A stretch of 64,000 bases of DNA, taken from assembly GCA_963733035.1 (NCBI GenBank), contig CAVTBU010000005.1, positions 2,304,001-2,368,000 of the forward strand, written 5' to 3'. Of the stretch, positions 62,913 to 64,000 are shown piece after piece (the first letter of the stretch is position 1; each line of letters opens with the position of its first letter). The stretch is from Pirellulales bacterium. GTDB lineage: Bacteria > Planctomycetota > Planctomycetia > Pirellulales > PALSA-1355. The notes beneath the pieces are model-generated. The model searched no databases. It was not told where the DNA came from and worked only from the letters and a program-made list of their open reading frames with translations. The translations under genes and the position numbers were made by a program.

Positions 62913-63650
62913 CTATGCGCGGTGCTCACGGTTGAAGTCCGTGGTAAAATCTTTCACCCGCCAGGGGTTCAGACTCCGATCCTGTGGTTGCTTTCGTTCC
63001 ATCAGCAAACCAAACATGATCGTCTTCTTTCGTCCGTCGTCGTCGACAAACGTGACCGTGTACCAGTAGTCGACGAGTCCCACGGTGCGCCCGGCCGCCA
63101 CTTTGTTCGTCTTGTAAAAGCGAATGTCGGCCCGATCTCCCAGGGCCAACAGCATACGAATCGCCGGTTTGTCGACAAACATGCGCAGGTCTTGTTGCGA
63201 CTCGGCATCATTGCGATAGAACGACCACAAGCCGTCGTCGTTCGGCGGGCGGCGATCGGGGACCATGGTCAGCAGCAAGGCCTGCTGGGGATTGCGCTCG
63301 CGGAGATCCTTTACGAACTCATCGGCCACCGGGCGCGCTTGCCGCGCGAGCAGCCAATTGGCCGACGTGTAGTGCGCCAGCGGCACCATCAGAAACAATG
63401 CCGATAGCGCCATGCCCGCCAGAGCCGCCCGTCGGCCCGGCCGCAACGGATCGCCGCTGATCCGGCTCAGGGCCACCAGCGCCGCCAGCAGTCCAATCAC
63501 CGGGACGAGGCTCAGCAGTGGGTCGACGAGCGCCAGCGGCGACGCCAACCCAAGCAGCAGGGCAACGATTGCCCAGGCTTCCACGGGCCGATACTCGAGC
63601 GCGTCGTCCTCGCTGACGTCCGGCAATGCGCTGAATGAGGAATCGGGCAT
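62913..63650 (-). CDS. Hypothetical membrane protein (DUF4190-like N-terminus)
   Basis: YRPV..WAI.ALLLG followed by 3 TM helices. Confidence 0.65.
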   Translation of the reverse strand: MPDSSFSALPDVSEDDALEYRPVEAWAIVALLLGLASPLALVDPLLSLVPVIGLLAALVALSRISGDPLRPGRRAALAGMALSALFLMVPLAHYTSANWLLARQARPVADEFVKDLRERNPQQALLLTMVPDRRPPNDDGLWSFYRNDAESQQDLRMFVDKPAIRMLLALGDRADIRFYKTNKVAAGRTVGLVDYWYTVTFVDDDGRKKTIMFGLLMERKQPQDRSLNPWRVKDFTTDFNREHRA

Positions 63651-64000
63651 GCGACGTGCCGTGGGCTAAAGATGCTGGAAAAATCGTGCGAAACTCGGCT
63701 ACTCTTGCGATGCTAACCGCCTCGGGTCGAACCGGCAAGGCAGGCTCGACAACCCGGCCCACACGAAACCACCGCCAGACAATAAATCCCCTCAGCCAAA
63801 CGACATGCACAGTGCACACAGGCTTGCCTCGCCGCCCGGAACGACTCCTGGTGCGGTGACATTCAAGCGGAACTTCCTAGGCCCGCGTTAGATCGTCGCT
63901 CTTGGACGAACTGCTGGCAAGTTTCTGCGGCAAAAGCCCGTTTAACTTGCGATTCCGTTAGCTGGCGAACAATTCTGCTTGAGCCGCGTTACGACACTTG

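Overview
A GC-rich bacterial chromosomal window that looks planctomycetal (Pirellulales-like). Supporting genes include three DUF1501 genes, two DUF1549/DUF1553 (PSD1) genes, PEP-CTERM proteins, a sulfatase, DUF1080, BlaI/BlaR1 and fhcC/fwdC. Most of 16-64 kb is ordinary planctomycete content. At least eight genes carry single frameshifts, probably long-read indel errors. The unusual part is about 4.9-15.7 kb. A REP-associated tyrosine transposase (RAYT) with GTAG REPs is followed by an array of unrelated cargo genes: a DUF5671 pair, a WD40 pseudogene, two PEP-CTERM proteins, a Zn-ribbon protein and a lipase. The cargo genes are separated by a recurring 29-30 bp two-armed site, TAAAGGGGAYGC-N5/6-(inverted A arm or CGCRAACCTTTT). 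The site arms supply stop codons to three cargo genes and carry short tandem duplications. One site is split by an IS remnant. Together this suggests an integron- or pdif-like cassette-capture system with no recombinase visible in the window. Also noted are a long-hairpin ncRNA candidate (628-769), a stand-alone mini-FlgM, and a distant degenerate REPIN copy at 60.9 kb. Family assignments come from recognising motifs by eye; no database searches were run.
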